A stretch of DNA of 64,000 nt from an uncultured bacterium (GTDB lineage Bacteria > Bacillota > Clostridia > Oscillospirales > CAG-272), in assembly GCA_945920215.1 (NCBI GenBank), contig CAMEJM010000008.1:14134-78133 (forward strand), read 5' to 3'. The translations under genes were made by a program, and so were the position numbers. Of this stretch, positions 16,670-25,453 are shown piece by piece. The notes under the pieces were generated by a model. That model was not told the origin of the DNA and searched no databases. It saw only the letters and a list, made by a program, of their open reading frames with translations. The stretch's first letter is position 1; every line of letters starts with the position of its first letter.

Positions 16670-18127
16670 TCAGTCCTCGTTTTTCTCGGCGTATGCGGCA
16701 AGCATCTCCTGCTTGATGCGGTAGAGTTTTTCGGACAGATCCACGTAATACGTGTGGGGATTGTCAAAGCGCTTGACCTCCTCCCACAGGTGGGCGACGC
16801 AGTCCGCGCAGAAAGCGCGGGTGGAGGCGATGTCCGGCACCTCGTACACCTGCTTGCCGTCCTTGAAAATCGGGACAAGCAGTTCTTTGGCGACAAAGTT
16901 GCGGATGGTTTTGCGCTTCCACGTTTCGTACTGATCGAAGATGACAAGCGGTTGGGTATCGTCGATCACCTCGTCGTGCACGCAGATCTGGTCGGCGAGC
17001 GCCATACCGCTTTCACGGTCGTAAAGGCGGTACACCTTTTTGAAATGCGGGTTGGTGATCTTGGCGGTGCTTTCGCTGATCTTGATACGGGGGGACAGGG
17101 TGCCGTCCTCCTCTTCGACCGCCGCGAGCTTGTATACGCCGCCGAACACGGCGTCAGACTTCGCGGTGATCAGGCGTTCCCCGACGCCGAAGGTGTCGAT
17201 CTGCGCGCCCTGACGGATCAGGTCGCGGATGGTGTACTCGTCAAGCGAATTGGAGGCGTAAATTTTGCATTCCGTCAGTCCCGCTTCGTCCAGCATTTTG
17301 CGGGCGCGCTTGGAGAGGTACGCCATATCGCCGGAGTCGAGCCGGATCCCGAAATTGCGGATGCCGCGGGGAAGCAGAACCTCCTTGAACGCGCGGATGG
17401 CGTTGGGCACGCCGCTTTTCAGCACGTTGAAGGTATCGACCAGCAAAACGGCGTTGGTCGGGAAAATCTCGCAGTAGGTGCGGAAGGCTTCATACTCGCT
17501 GTCGAACATCTGCACCCAAGCGTGCGCCATGGTGCCGCCGGCGGGAACGCCGTACGCCATATCGGTCAGAGCGCAGGCGGTGCCGTGACAGCCTCCGACA
17601 TACGCGGCACGCGCGCCGGCGATGGCGCCGTCGGCGCCCTGTGCGCGGCGGGAGCCGAACTCCAAGACCACTCTGCCGTCCGCCGCGCGGACGATACGGT
17701 TTGCCTTGGTGGCAATGAGCGACTGATGGTTCAGGGTCAGGAGCAGATAGGTTTCCATGAGCTGCGCTTCAATGGCAGGGGCGCAGACCGTCAGAATGGG
17801 CTCCCCGGGGAACACCGGGGTCCCCTCCGGCACCGCGTAAATATCGCCGGTGAAGCGGAAAGAGGCAAGATAGGAGAGAAAGTCCTCGTCAAAGAGATTC
17901 TTGGAACGCAGGTAGGCGATGTCCTCGGCGGTGAAGTGCAGATTTTTCACGTACTCCACGATGCGCGCCAGCCCCGCGACCACGGCGAAGCCGCCGCCGT
18001 CCGGAATATTGCGGAAGAATACGTCGAACACCGTTTTGCGCTTATAATAGCCGGTCTTGAAGTAACCGTAGCTCATTGTGAATTCATAGAAGTCCACCAG
18101 CATGGCGGGGTTCATTTGTTCGGTCAT
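16670..18127 (-). CDS. pncB: Nicotinate phosphoribosyltransferase
   Basis: The N-terminal MLVDFYEFTMSYGYF motif and the GTMAHAWV and GIRLDSGD motifs are present. I used ATG at 18127 with an AAGAGGA Shine-Dalgarno. The longer ORF start at 18295 lies upstream of the predicted promoter. Confidence 0.9.
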   Translation of the reverse strand: MTEQMNPAMLVDFYEFTMSYGYFKTGYYKRKTVFDVFFRNIPDGGGFAVVAGLARIVEYVKNLHFTAEDIAYLRSKNLFDEDFLSYLASFRFTGDIYAVPEGTPVFPGEPILTVCAPAIEAQLMETYLLLTLNHQSLIATKANRIVRAADGRVVLEFGSRRAQGADGAIAGARAAYVGGCHGTACALTDMAYGVPAGGTMAHAWVQMFDSEYEAFRTYCEIFPTNAVLLVDTFNVLKSGVPNAIRAFKEVLLPRGIRNFGIRLDSGDMAYLSKRARKMLDEAGLTECKIYASNSLDEYTIRDLIRQGAQIDTFGVGERLITAKSDAVFGGVYKLAAVEEEDGTLSPRIKISESTAKITNPHFKKVYRLYDRESGMALADQICVHDEVIDDTQPLVIFDQYETWKRKTIRNFVAKELLVPIFKDGKQVYEVPDIASTRAFCADCVAHLWEEVKRFDNPHTYYVDLSEKLYRIKQEMLAAYAEKNED

Positions 18128-18226
18128 CACACAGTCCTCTTTTCCGTCTGCCGCGGCAGGCGCTTTCTCTTTCACCGCGCGTTTTCTCTTTGCCGTTTTC
18201 AGGCGGCGCGGCACGCGGTTTTCCCT

Positions 18227-18255
18227 ATTATACCACCTGCGCGGGCGCGGGTCAA
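18227..18255 (-). promoter_or_regulatory. Sigma-A type promoter for pncB
   Basis: The minus strand reads TTGACC, 17-nt spacer, TATAAT. This implies a 5-prime UTR of roughly 90 nt. Confidence 0.6.
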
Positions 18256-18433
18256 TGCCCTGTGCGGCGGTTTTTGCGGCACTGTTTTCCGCCAACGGGG
18301 CAGCAAGCGTTGGCTGCCGGCACGCAGAAAAAACGACAGGATTATTCCCGAAACGTTTATACGTTGTTCATAATAAAGGACTACAATAAAACCCATATCA
18401 TAACAGGAAATCAAGCCTCCGAAAGGAACAGAT

Positions 18434-21400
18434 ATGCTGACACTGAAAGACATACGCAAGGACTACGGAGAGGGAGAGGAGACGGTACACGCCCTGCAAG
18501 GCGTGACGCTGCACTTCCGCCCGCATGAATTCGTTGCGATCCTCGGTCCGTCCGGCTGCGGGAAAACCACCCTGCTCAACATCATCGGCGGGTTGGACCA
18601 CTATACCGACGGCGACCTTGTCATCGCCGGTACCTCGACCAAGGAGTATAAAGACAAGGACTGGGATTCCTATCGCAACCACCGCGTGGGGTTCGTCTTT
18701 CAGTCCTATAACCTGATTCCGCACCAGAGCGTGCTTGCCAACGTGGAGCTGGCGCTGACCCTTTCCGGCGTTTCCCGCACGGAGAGGCGCGCACGCGCCG
18801 CCGAGGCGCTCGCGCGCGTGGGGCTCGGCAACCAAATCAAAAAGAAGCCGAACCAGATGTCCGGCGGACAGATGCAGCGCGTTGCCATCGCGCGTGCGCT
18901 GGTGAACAACCCGGAGATCGTGCTGGCGGATGAACCGACTGGCGCGCTGGACACCCAGACCTCGGTACAGATCATGGATATTCTCAAGGAGATCTCCTCC
19001 GAGAAGCTGATCGTCATGGTGACCCACAACCCCGAGCTGGCGGAGAAGTACGCTTCCCGTATCATCCGCGTGCGCGACGGCTGCGTGGTGGACGACTCCA
19101 ACCCCTACGACGGGGTGTCGGAGGAACGCGAGGAGGTCGCCGCGCCGTATGCCGTCACCTCCGCCGAGGAAGCCGCCGCCAACGAAATCGAGGGCAAAAA
19201 GAGGAAAAAAGAGAGGGGTTCCCGCCCCAAAAAGACCTCGATGTCCTTTTTCACGGCGCTTCAGCTCTCTCTCAACAACCTCATGACCAAGAAAACGCGC
19301 ACGTTCCTGACCTCGTTTGCCGGCTCGATCGGCATTATCGGGATCGCGTTGGTGCTGGCGCTTTCCAACGGGATCCAGGTGTTTATCGACAAGGTGCAGG
19401 AGGACACCCTTTCCTCCTATCCGATTACGGTGGAATCCGGCTCCGTGGACCTCAATGCGGCTCTGACGGCGTTTGCCGGCAGCGGGGAGGACAGGGAATA
19501 CGAGGACGGCTACGTCTATTCAAACGACCAGTTAGCCAACCTCAGCAACGCGATGCTTGCCGGGTACCGGGAGAACGACCTGAAGGCTTTCCGCGAATAT
19601 CTGGAAAGCGACGCTTCCTCTATCAAGGACAACGGGGTGGTGCAGTATCGCTGGGGCGTAACGCCGCAGGTCTACGTCAGGCGCAACGGCAAGTATTACG
19701 CGGTCAGCCCGTCTAAGATCGTCAGTAATCTGATGAGATACATGGGCATGGATTCCATGTCCGGCATGAGTGTGTGGGACGAAATGATCGACAGCCCCGA
19801 GCTGCTCCAAAGCCAGTATGACCTGCTGTCCGGCAGATGGCCGAGCGCATACAACGAGGTGGTGCTGGTCACCGATAAGAACCGCGGCATTTCCGACCTG
19901 ATGCTGTACGCTCTCGGAATCAAGGACCCAGACGAGTTTGAAAAGCTCTTTTCAACGGAGGGCATCGGTGCCCCCGCGGAGGAGCGGTACACCTATGCGG
20001 ACCTGATGAATCTGGAATTCCGCATGGTGCTCGCCGCCGATTATTATACCAAGCGGGGGGATCAGTATACGGACGCGCGCAACGATACCGCCGAACTGAA
20101 CGCCCTGCTTGACTCCGAGTCCAAGTACGTCCCAATCAAGGTCGTCGGAATCATCGCCGCCAGCCCGGACGCCACCGCGACCTCCATCAGCGGCGCCGTG
20201 GGCTATACCTCCGCCCTGACGGACTATATCATGGAGCAGACCCTCTCCCAAAACGCGGACGGCACATACAAGCATGAGGTGGTGCAGGATCAGCTCGCAA
20301 ACCCCACGCGCGACGTCATCAGCGGCAAGCCGTTCTATATCGAGGACACCTCCTCCGACGAAGAAAAGGCACAGAAGTTGGTTGCGTTTCTCAGCGACCC
20401 TGCCAACGTGAACGAGTGGGCGCTGCAATACGAAAAGAACCTGTCGGACATTGTTTTCTTCAACCTGTACATGGGTGACGGAACGTCCGGAGCCCTGCCG
20501 CAGGTCATGATGACGTATTCGCGGGAGGACGAGAACTCTCCGCAGAATATGAGAGTTGCCATCGGGCAGCTGCTGGAGGAAGACCCCGCGCTGTTCTATC
20601 GGTTGCAACGCAAGTTCCCCGAAATGATTCCCGAAAGCGTCACGCCGGAGTCGTTCCGTGAGTTGCTGAACACCATGACAAGCTACGATACGCTCGCGCC
20701 TGCCCTTGCGGCGCTGAAGGTGTTTTACAACAATACCTACGACGACGCGTATACCGTCGCTTACGCCGCGCTTGCCGCAATGACAACGCAGGACAAGGGA
20801 GACGCTTACCGTGCTTACGCGCAGACGATCGCGGCGTCCGGCGCCGCTTCTGCCGCAGCCCTGTGGGATACCTATCTGAAAACGGGTACCTCCTCCTCTA
20901 CCTACAAGCGCAACCTGTCTCTGATCGGCGTTGCCGACCGGGAGACGCCGACCGCGGTTTATATCTATCCGAAATCCTTTGACTCCAAAGAGGCGATCTC
21001 AAAGGAGATCACGAGCTACAACGAGGCGCACCCGAACGGAGAAATCACCTATACCGACTATATCGGCATTATGCTGAAGTCGGTTTCCACCATTCTGAGC
21101 GTGATTACCTACGTGCTGGTGGCGTTCGTCGGAATTTCTCTGGTGGTATCCTCGATCATGATCGGCATTATTACGTACATCTCGGTGCTTGAAAGAATCA
21201 AGGAGATCGGGATTCTGCGCGCCATCGGCGCATCCAAGCGGGACGTGTCGCACGTGTTCCTTGCCGAGACCCTGATCGTCGGCTTCACTGCCGGTATGAT
21301 AGGGATTCTGGTCACCCTGCTGCTCAGCATTCCCATCAATATCATCATCCGGCATCTGTCCGGGTTCAGCAATATCGGCGCCTCTCTGCCCGTGCTCGGC

Positions 21401-21508
21401 GCGGTGATACTGGTGCTGATCAGTATGCTTCTGACGTTGATTGCCGGGCTTTTGCCCGCGCGGATCGCTGCGAAGAAGGAGCCGGTGGAAGCCCTGCGCT
21501 CCGAATAA
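18434..21508 (+). CDS. Fused ABC transporter: ATP-binding domain plus FtsX/MacB-type permease
   Basis: N-terminal Walker A GPSGCGKTT, signature MSGGQMQRVAIARAL and Walker B VLADEPTGALD. A long extracytoplasmic region follows. The C-terminus has an FtsX-type 3-TM bundle (ERIKEIGILRAIGASKRDV...). Confidence 0.9.
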   Translation: MLTLKDIRKDYGEGEETVHALQGVTLHFRPHEFVAILGPSGCGKTTLLNIIGGLDHYTDGDLVIAGTSTKEYKDKDWDSYRNHRVGFVFQSYNLIPHQSVLANVELALTLSGVSRTERRARAAEALARVGLGNQIKKKPNQMSGGQMQRVAIARALVNNPEIVLADEPTGALDTQTSVQIMDILKEISSEKLIVMVTHNPELAEKYASRIIRVRDGCVVDDSNPYDGVSEEREEVAAPYAVTSAEEAAANEIEGKKRKKERGSRPKKTSMSFFTALQLSLNNLMTKKTRTFLTSFAGSIGIIGIALVLALSNGIQVFIDKVQEDTLSSYPITVESGSVDLNAALTAFAGSGEDREYEDGYVYSNDQLANLSNAMLAGYRENDLKAFREYLESDASSIKDNGVVQYRWGVTPQVYVRRNGKYYAVSPSKIVSNLMRYMGMDSMSGMSVWDEMIDSPELLQSQYDLLSGRWPSAYNEVVLVTDKNRGISDLMLYALGIKDPDEFEKLFSTEGIGAPAEERYTYADLMNLEFRMVLAADYYTKRGDQYTDARNDTAELNALLDSESKYVPIKVVGIIAASPDATATSISGAVGYTSALTDYIMEQTLSQNADGTYKHEVVQDQLANPTRDVISGKPFYIEDTSSDEEKAQKLVAFLSDPANVNEWALQYEKNLSDIVFFNLYMGDGTSGALPQVMMTYSREDENSPQNMRVAIGQLLEEDPALFYRLQRKFPEMIPESVTPESFRELLNTMTSYDTLAPALAALKVFYNNTYDDAYTVAYAALAAMTTQDKGDAYRAYAQTIAASGAASAAALWDTYLKTGTSSSTYKRNLSLIGVADRETPTAVYIYPKSFDSKEAISKEITSYNEAHPNGEITYTDYIGIMLKSVSTILSVITYVLVAFVGISLVVSSIMIGIITYISVLERIKEIGILRAIGASKRDVSHVFLAETLIVGFTAGMIGILVTLLLSIPINIIIRHLSGFSNIGASLPVLGAVILVLISMLLTLIAGLLPARIAAKKEPVEALRSE

Positions 21509-21657
21509 CGCGTATTGCGCGAATCCATCTTTTTCCCATCAAGAAAGCCCGCCGCACGAATGTGTGAGTCCTTATCGAAATAATCACGTAGCAAAAGAGT
21601 TCCCACCGGCCAAGCAAACGGTCTGTGGGAACTTTGTTATATCGGCAGAAGAAAAGG

Positions 21658-22221
21658 TTAAAGAAAAGGCTCCCTTGCGTTTTCCGCGCGGCGGGCGGCT
21701 TGGACGGCTGCTCTTACCTCGGCGAACGCCGCTTCCTCGCCGTTTTCCGCAAGACGGACGAGCCACGCGCGCAGGGTGGCGGCGGTGTCCGGGTGCATGG
21801 TTTTCGCGGCGTTGCCGCGGTCGAAGTAGGCGAGGGGGTGGTCGTCCGTGTATTCCTTTCCGCGGTAGATTTTACTGGCGGCGACGCGGTCGCAGAACAT
21901 TTCGGCAACATAGCGGATAGGCATGGGCACCGGCTCGTAGACGCGGGATTTCGGGTTGATGTCCACCCAGTACTCGTAGTGGTGCTTGTTGCGCCCCTTG
22001 TGGTGCATCCAGGCAAGGGAATAGCCGCGCTCCGCCCGCTCGGCTTCGTTGGGACTGCGGTCGCCGAGGTAGTAGCGTGCCCCCGTCCAAAATTCGGACG
22101 GGGAGAATTTGGAGAGGTCGTGCAAAAGCCCCTGCCGGAGAATGCCCGCCTTGCGGCAATGACGGATGACGGCATGGCGGTGGCGCAGGATCGTGCGCAG
22201 ATGGCGGAACGGGTGTGTCAT
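21658..22221 (-). CDS. Conserved hypothetical protein with His-rich motifs (resembles DUF5662 family)
   Basis: ATG lies 7 nt after GAAAGGA. Motifs LLHDLSKF and WMHHKGRNKHHYEYW are present. The family name is recalled from memory and not verified. Confidence 0.7.
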   Translation of the reverse strand: MTHPFRHLRTILRHRHAVIRHCRKAGILRQGLLHDLSKFSPSEFWTGARYYLGDRSPNEAERAERGYSLAWMHHKGRNKHHYEYWVDINPKSRVYEPVPMPIRYVAEMFCDRVAASKIYRGKEYTDDHPLAYFDRGNAAKTMHPDTAATLRAWLVRLAENGEEAAFAEVRAAVQAARRAENAREPFL

Positions 22222-22289
22222 CGAGGGTTCCTTTCCCGCGCTCCGCAGTCTTTCGGGGAGAGGGCGCGGCGTTGATTTTCATATCTACA

Positions 22290-22318
22290 ATCATAATGCG
22301 CACGCGCGCATTTGTCAA
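22290..22318 (-). promoter_or_regulatory. Sigma-A type promoter for the 21658-22221 gene
   Basis: The minus strand reads TTGACA, 17-nt spacer, TATGAT. The -35 lies in the left arm of a 12-bp inverted repeat. Confidence 0.55.
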
Positions 22319-22337
22319 TGCGCGCGCCCCCTCCGCA

Positions 22338-22366
22338 TTGACAAAACGAGCGGGAAAGACTATACT
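22338..22366 (+). promoter_or_regulatory. Sigma-A type promoter for the acyltransferase/aminotransferase operon
   Basis: TTGACA, 17-nt spacer, TATACT. The -35 lies in the right arm of the same inverted repeat. Confidence 0.55.
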
Positions 22367-22512
22367 GAAAAGGTAAAAAATGCATACGCGCCGCGCGGGG
22401 CGGAATATAGTGGAATACGGCAGGATACAAGGCATTTTTCACGTACCGCCGTTTCCTGCGCCGGGCAGACGGCCCGGAGCGGGCGCGCCAAAGACAACAA
22501 TGGGGGCAAGGC

Positions 22513-23901
22513 ATGAACAAGGGAGCAGGGGCGACTTCGCCCCGTCGGGCAAAAAAGAAGAACAGGAAAAAACGCGTGGGGAAGCCGAACCGTTTCCTCT
22601 GGGCGCTTGCCATGCTGTTCCTGAGGCCATGGTACCGCCTGCGGTACGGGCTGCGCATTGACCGCACGGGGCTTGCGGGGCTGAAGGGTCCCGCTCTGGT
22701 ACTTGCGCCGCACATTTCGGGGAAGGACCACGTGCTGGTGGGGGTGACCCTGTCAAAATATCGCCCGACCTTTGTGCTGTCCGCGCACTTCATGGCGTAC
22801 CCTCAGCTGCGCTGGGCGCTGCGGCGTATCCATGTGATCACCAAAAAGATGTTCTGCTCCGACGCGCATACCATCATGGACATTCTGCGCGCCAAAAACG
22901 AGGGGAACGTGATTGTCCTGTTCCCGGAGGGGCGTTTGCCCGCCTGCGGGCATTCCATGCCGCTGACCGCCGGGACGGCGGAACTGGTGAAAAAGTTGGG
23001 AATCGACGTTTATACGGTGACCGGCAACGGCGCGTATCTGACTTTTCCGAAATGGGCAAAGAAGCCGCGGCGCGGGAAGATCCGCGTGTCAACCGCGAAA
23101 ATCTTTGACAGCGCCGAGCTGCCGGAGTTGGACGTGGCGCAGATCGAACAGCGCCTGGGCGCCGCGATGGCGCATGACGACGAAGCCGCGATGGCGGGCG
23201 TGACGTACCGTTGCAAGGACATGACCGCGGGGCTGGACGGAATCCTGCGCCGCTGCCCGGTATGCGGGGCGCAGGGGAGCCTGCAAACGCGCGGGGGACG
23301 TATCCGCTGCGCCTGCGGGCTGGACGCCGTGCTTGACCGCACTTACCGCCTGCACGGCGCGCCGTTCGGCAGTATCAACGAATGGTTTGACTGGCAACAG
23401 GCGCAGATCGACCCGTACCGTACCGCGATGGACAGCGAGGTCACGGTGGGCGCCATCAACGGCCGCGGCAACCTTGTCCGACGGGCGGGGGAGGGACGCG
23501 CGCACATGGACGCCGAAAAATTCTCCTTTACGGGGCAGGTGTTCGGGCGGGAGGTTTCCTTTTCCGTGGCAACCGAGAAGCTCGGCGGGCTGCCCGTGAC
23601 GGTCGCCAAGCATTTCGATATTTACAGCGGCAATATTTTATACCATCTGTACCCGAAGCCCGACCCGCGCGCCGCGATCGACTGGGTGTGCTATCTGGAC
23701 CGCCTGCATGAATTGCAAGGGCAGAGAGGGACCGAGACCCCGGAAATCCAAGCCGAAAGCCCGGCGGGTGGAACCGCGGGGGCAGTGCCGACTCTATCGG
23801 AAGAAAATACGGAACAGAAAACAACGGGGACAGCGGAGGCGCCTGCCGGATGCGCGCCCGCCGAGGTTCTTGCGAATACAATGCGGAGGGAAAATCAATG
23901 A
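22513..23901 (+). CDS. Lysophospholipid (PlsC-family) acyltransferase with C-terminal zinc-ribbon-containing extension
   Basis: HX4D motif (LAPHISGKDH) and the FPEGR motif are present. The C-terminal half contains CPVCG...CACG. Exact start is uncertain. Confidence 0.8.
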   Translation: MNKGAGATSPRRAKKKNRKKRVGKPNRFLWALAMLFLRPWYRLRYGLRIDRTGLAGLKGPALVLAPHISGKDHVLVGVTLSKYRPTFVLSAHFMAYPQLRWALRRIHVITKKMFCSDAHTIMDILRAKNEGNVIVLFPEGRLPACGHSMPLTAGTAELVKKLGIDVYTVTGNGAYLTFPKWAKKPRRGKIRVSTAKIFDSAELPELDVAQIEQRLGAAMAHDDEAAMAGVTYRCKDMTAGLDGILRRCPVCGAQGSLQTRGGRIRCACGLDAVLDRTYRLHGAPFGSINEWFDWQQAQIDPYRTAMDSEVTVGAINGRGNLVRRAGEGRAHMDAEKFSFTGQVFGREVSFSVATEKLGGLPVTVAKHFDIYSGNILYHLYPKPDPRAAIDWVCYLDRLHELQGQRGTETPEIQAESPAGGTAGAVPTLSEENTEQKTTGTAEAPAGCAPAEVLANTMRRENQ

Positions 23902-25079
23902 TCAACCGGGAAGCATGGGAGCTTGGCAGCCGCCGCTCCTGTATCCGTGAGCTGTTTGCCTACGGGCGCGCACAGGCGCAGAAGCTGGGGGAGGAGGCGG
24001 TGTGCGATTTCAGCCTCGGAAACCCTGCGACCCCGCCGCCCGAAGAGGTACGGAATACCCTCCGCGCCCTCGCGCAGGAGGCGGACCCCATGACCCTGCA
24101 CGGTTATACCGCGGCGGAGGGCGCCGCCACAGTGCGCCGCGCCATAGCGGACGAGCTGAACAGCCGGTATCGGGGGGGCGTGAGAGAGTCGGATCTGTTT
24201 CTGACGGCGGGCGCCGCCCCCGCCCTGACTGCCGTCTTCGCGGCGCTGACCGTCTCGCCGGAGAGCGAGTTTGTTGCCATTGCGCCGTTTTTCCCGGAAT
24301 ATGCGGTATTCAGCGGGGTGCGCGGCGCAAAGCTGCGGATTGCCGACGCCGACCGAAAGAGCTTTCAGATCGATATACAGGCGCTGGATAAGGTTCTGAC
24401 GCCCGCTACGCAGGCGGTAATCGTGAACTCCCCCAACAACCCGACCGGGGCGGTGTACACCCGTGAGACGCTGACTGCGCTGGCGAAGCTGCTCGCAGCA
24501 CGCGCAGCCCGGTTCGGGCACCCGATTTATGTGATCAGCGACGAGCCGTACCGCGAGCTGGTTTACGACGGGAAAGAAACCCCGTACCTGCCCGAAATCT
24601 ATCCGGACACGGTGGTGTGCTACTCTTACTCCAAGTCGCTGTCGCTGCCGGGGGACAGAATAGGGTATGTGCTGGTGCCGCCCGCCTGCGCCGACCATGA
24701 CGCGCTGCTGTATGCCGTTGCCGGCGCGGCGCGCAGCATCGGTCACGTGTGCGCTCCTGCCACCTATCAGCAGGTGATCGAGCGCTGCACCGGGGCGCGC
24801 CCCGATCTTGCCTTTTACGACCGCAACCGCAGGCTCCTGTGGGAGGCGCTGACCTCTTACGGCTACGACTGCGTATCCCCGGACGGCGCGTTTTATCTTT
24901 TCTGCCGTGCGCCGGGCGGTGACGCAAAGGCGTTTTCCGACAGGGCAAAGCGGGAAAACCTGCTGTTGGTGCCGGGCGGCGACTTCGGCTGCCCGACCCA
25001 TTTCCGCGCCGCGTACTGCGTGGAAGAGGCGGTGATCCGCCGCGCGCTTCCCATCTTCCGCGCTCTGGCAAAGCCGTAA
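23898..25079 (+). CDS. Class I/II pyridoxal-phosphate-dependent aminotransferase (aspartate/aromatic type)
   Basis: SLGNP, NSPNNPTG and YSYSKSLSLPGDRIGY (PLP lysine) are present. ATG at 23898 overlaps the upstream stop (ATGA). Confidence 0.9.
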   Translation: MINREAWELGSRRSCIRELFAYGRAQAQKLGEEAVCDFSLGNPATPPPEEVRNTLRALAQEADPMTLHGYTAAEGAATVRRAIADELNSRYRGGVRESDLFLTAGAAPALTAVFAALTVSPESEFVAIAPFFPEYAVFSGVRGAKLRIADADRKSFQIDIQALDKVLTPATQAVIVNSPNNPTGAVYTRETLTALAKLLAARAARFGHPIYVISDEPYRELVYDGKETPYLPEIYPDTVVCYSYSKSLSLPGDRIGYVLVPPACADHDALLYAVAGAARSIGHVCAPATYQQVIERCTGARPDLAFYDRNRRLLWEALTSYGYDCVSPDGAFYLFCRAPGGDAKAFSDRAKRENLLLVPGGDFGCPTHFRAAYCVEEAVIRRALPIFRALAKP

Positions 25080-25112
25080 CCGACGCCGCCGTTCCGCGCG
25101 GCAATCATACGA

Positions 25113-25176
25113 ATCCCCATCGACGGAGAGAAACGGATCGCAACGGTTCGCACCTTTCGACGACGGGGATTTTTTC
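25113..25176 (+). terminator. Imperfect long hairpin with T tail after the aminotransferase gene
   Basis: ATCCCCATCGACG ... CGACGACGGGGAT forms a stem with two mismatches and a large loop, followed by TTTTTC. Confidence 0.4.
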
Positions 25177-25325
25177 GGCGGTGCGAGATGGGGAGGAGCG
25201 GGGCAAACAAGGAAAAAGCGCATTTTTTGACGAAAGAGGGGCTTTCGCCGTCCGATTTCTTCTGTTTTGTGCTAACTGACTAAAAATGCCATGGGAATTT
25301 CGGCGCATTGAAAGGCTTCCCTCTC

Positions 25326-25355
25326 TTGATTGTGGAAGCCCGAATATGGTAAACT
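25326..25355 (+). promoter_or_regulatory. Possible promoter of the secreted-protein/lipoprotein pair
   Basis: TTGATT, 18-nt spacer, TAAACT, with TGG immediately upstream of the -10. Confidence 0.4.
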
Positions 25356-25453
25356 GATAGCAGTGGAGTTTTGCCTGTCAGACAGGTCGACAGCCCTAAA
25401 CACAGGGCGCCGCGCGGTGACGCCGGCGAAGTGAGAAAGGAGCATTTTTACAT

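Noticed and set aside
16493-18373. 626-aa ORF on the plus strand
   Set aside because: It is antisense to pncB, whose product has unmistakable NAPRTase motifs, and it crosses the pncB promoter and terminator regions. The composition is low-complexity Arg/Gly/Ala.
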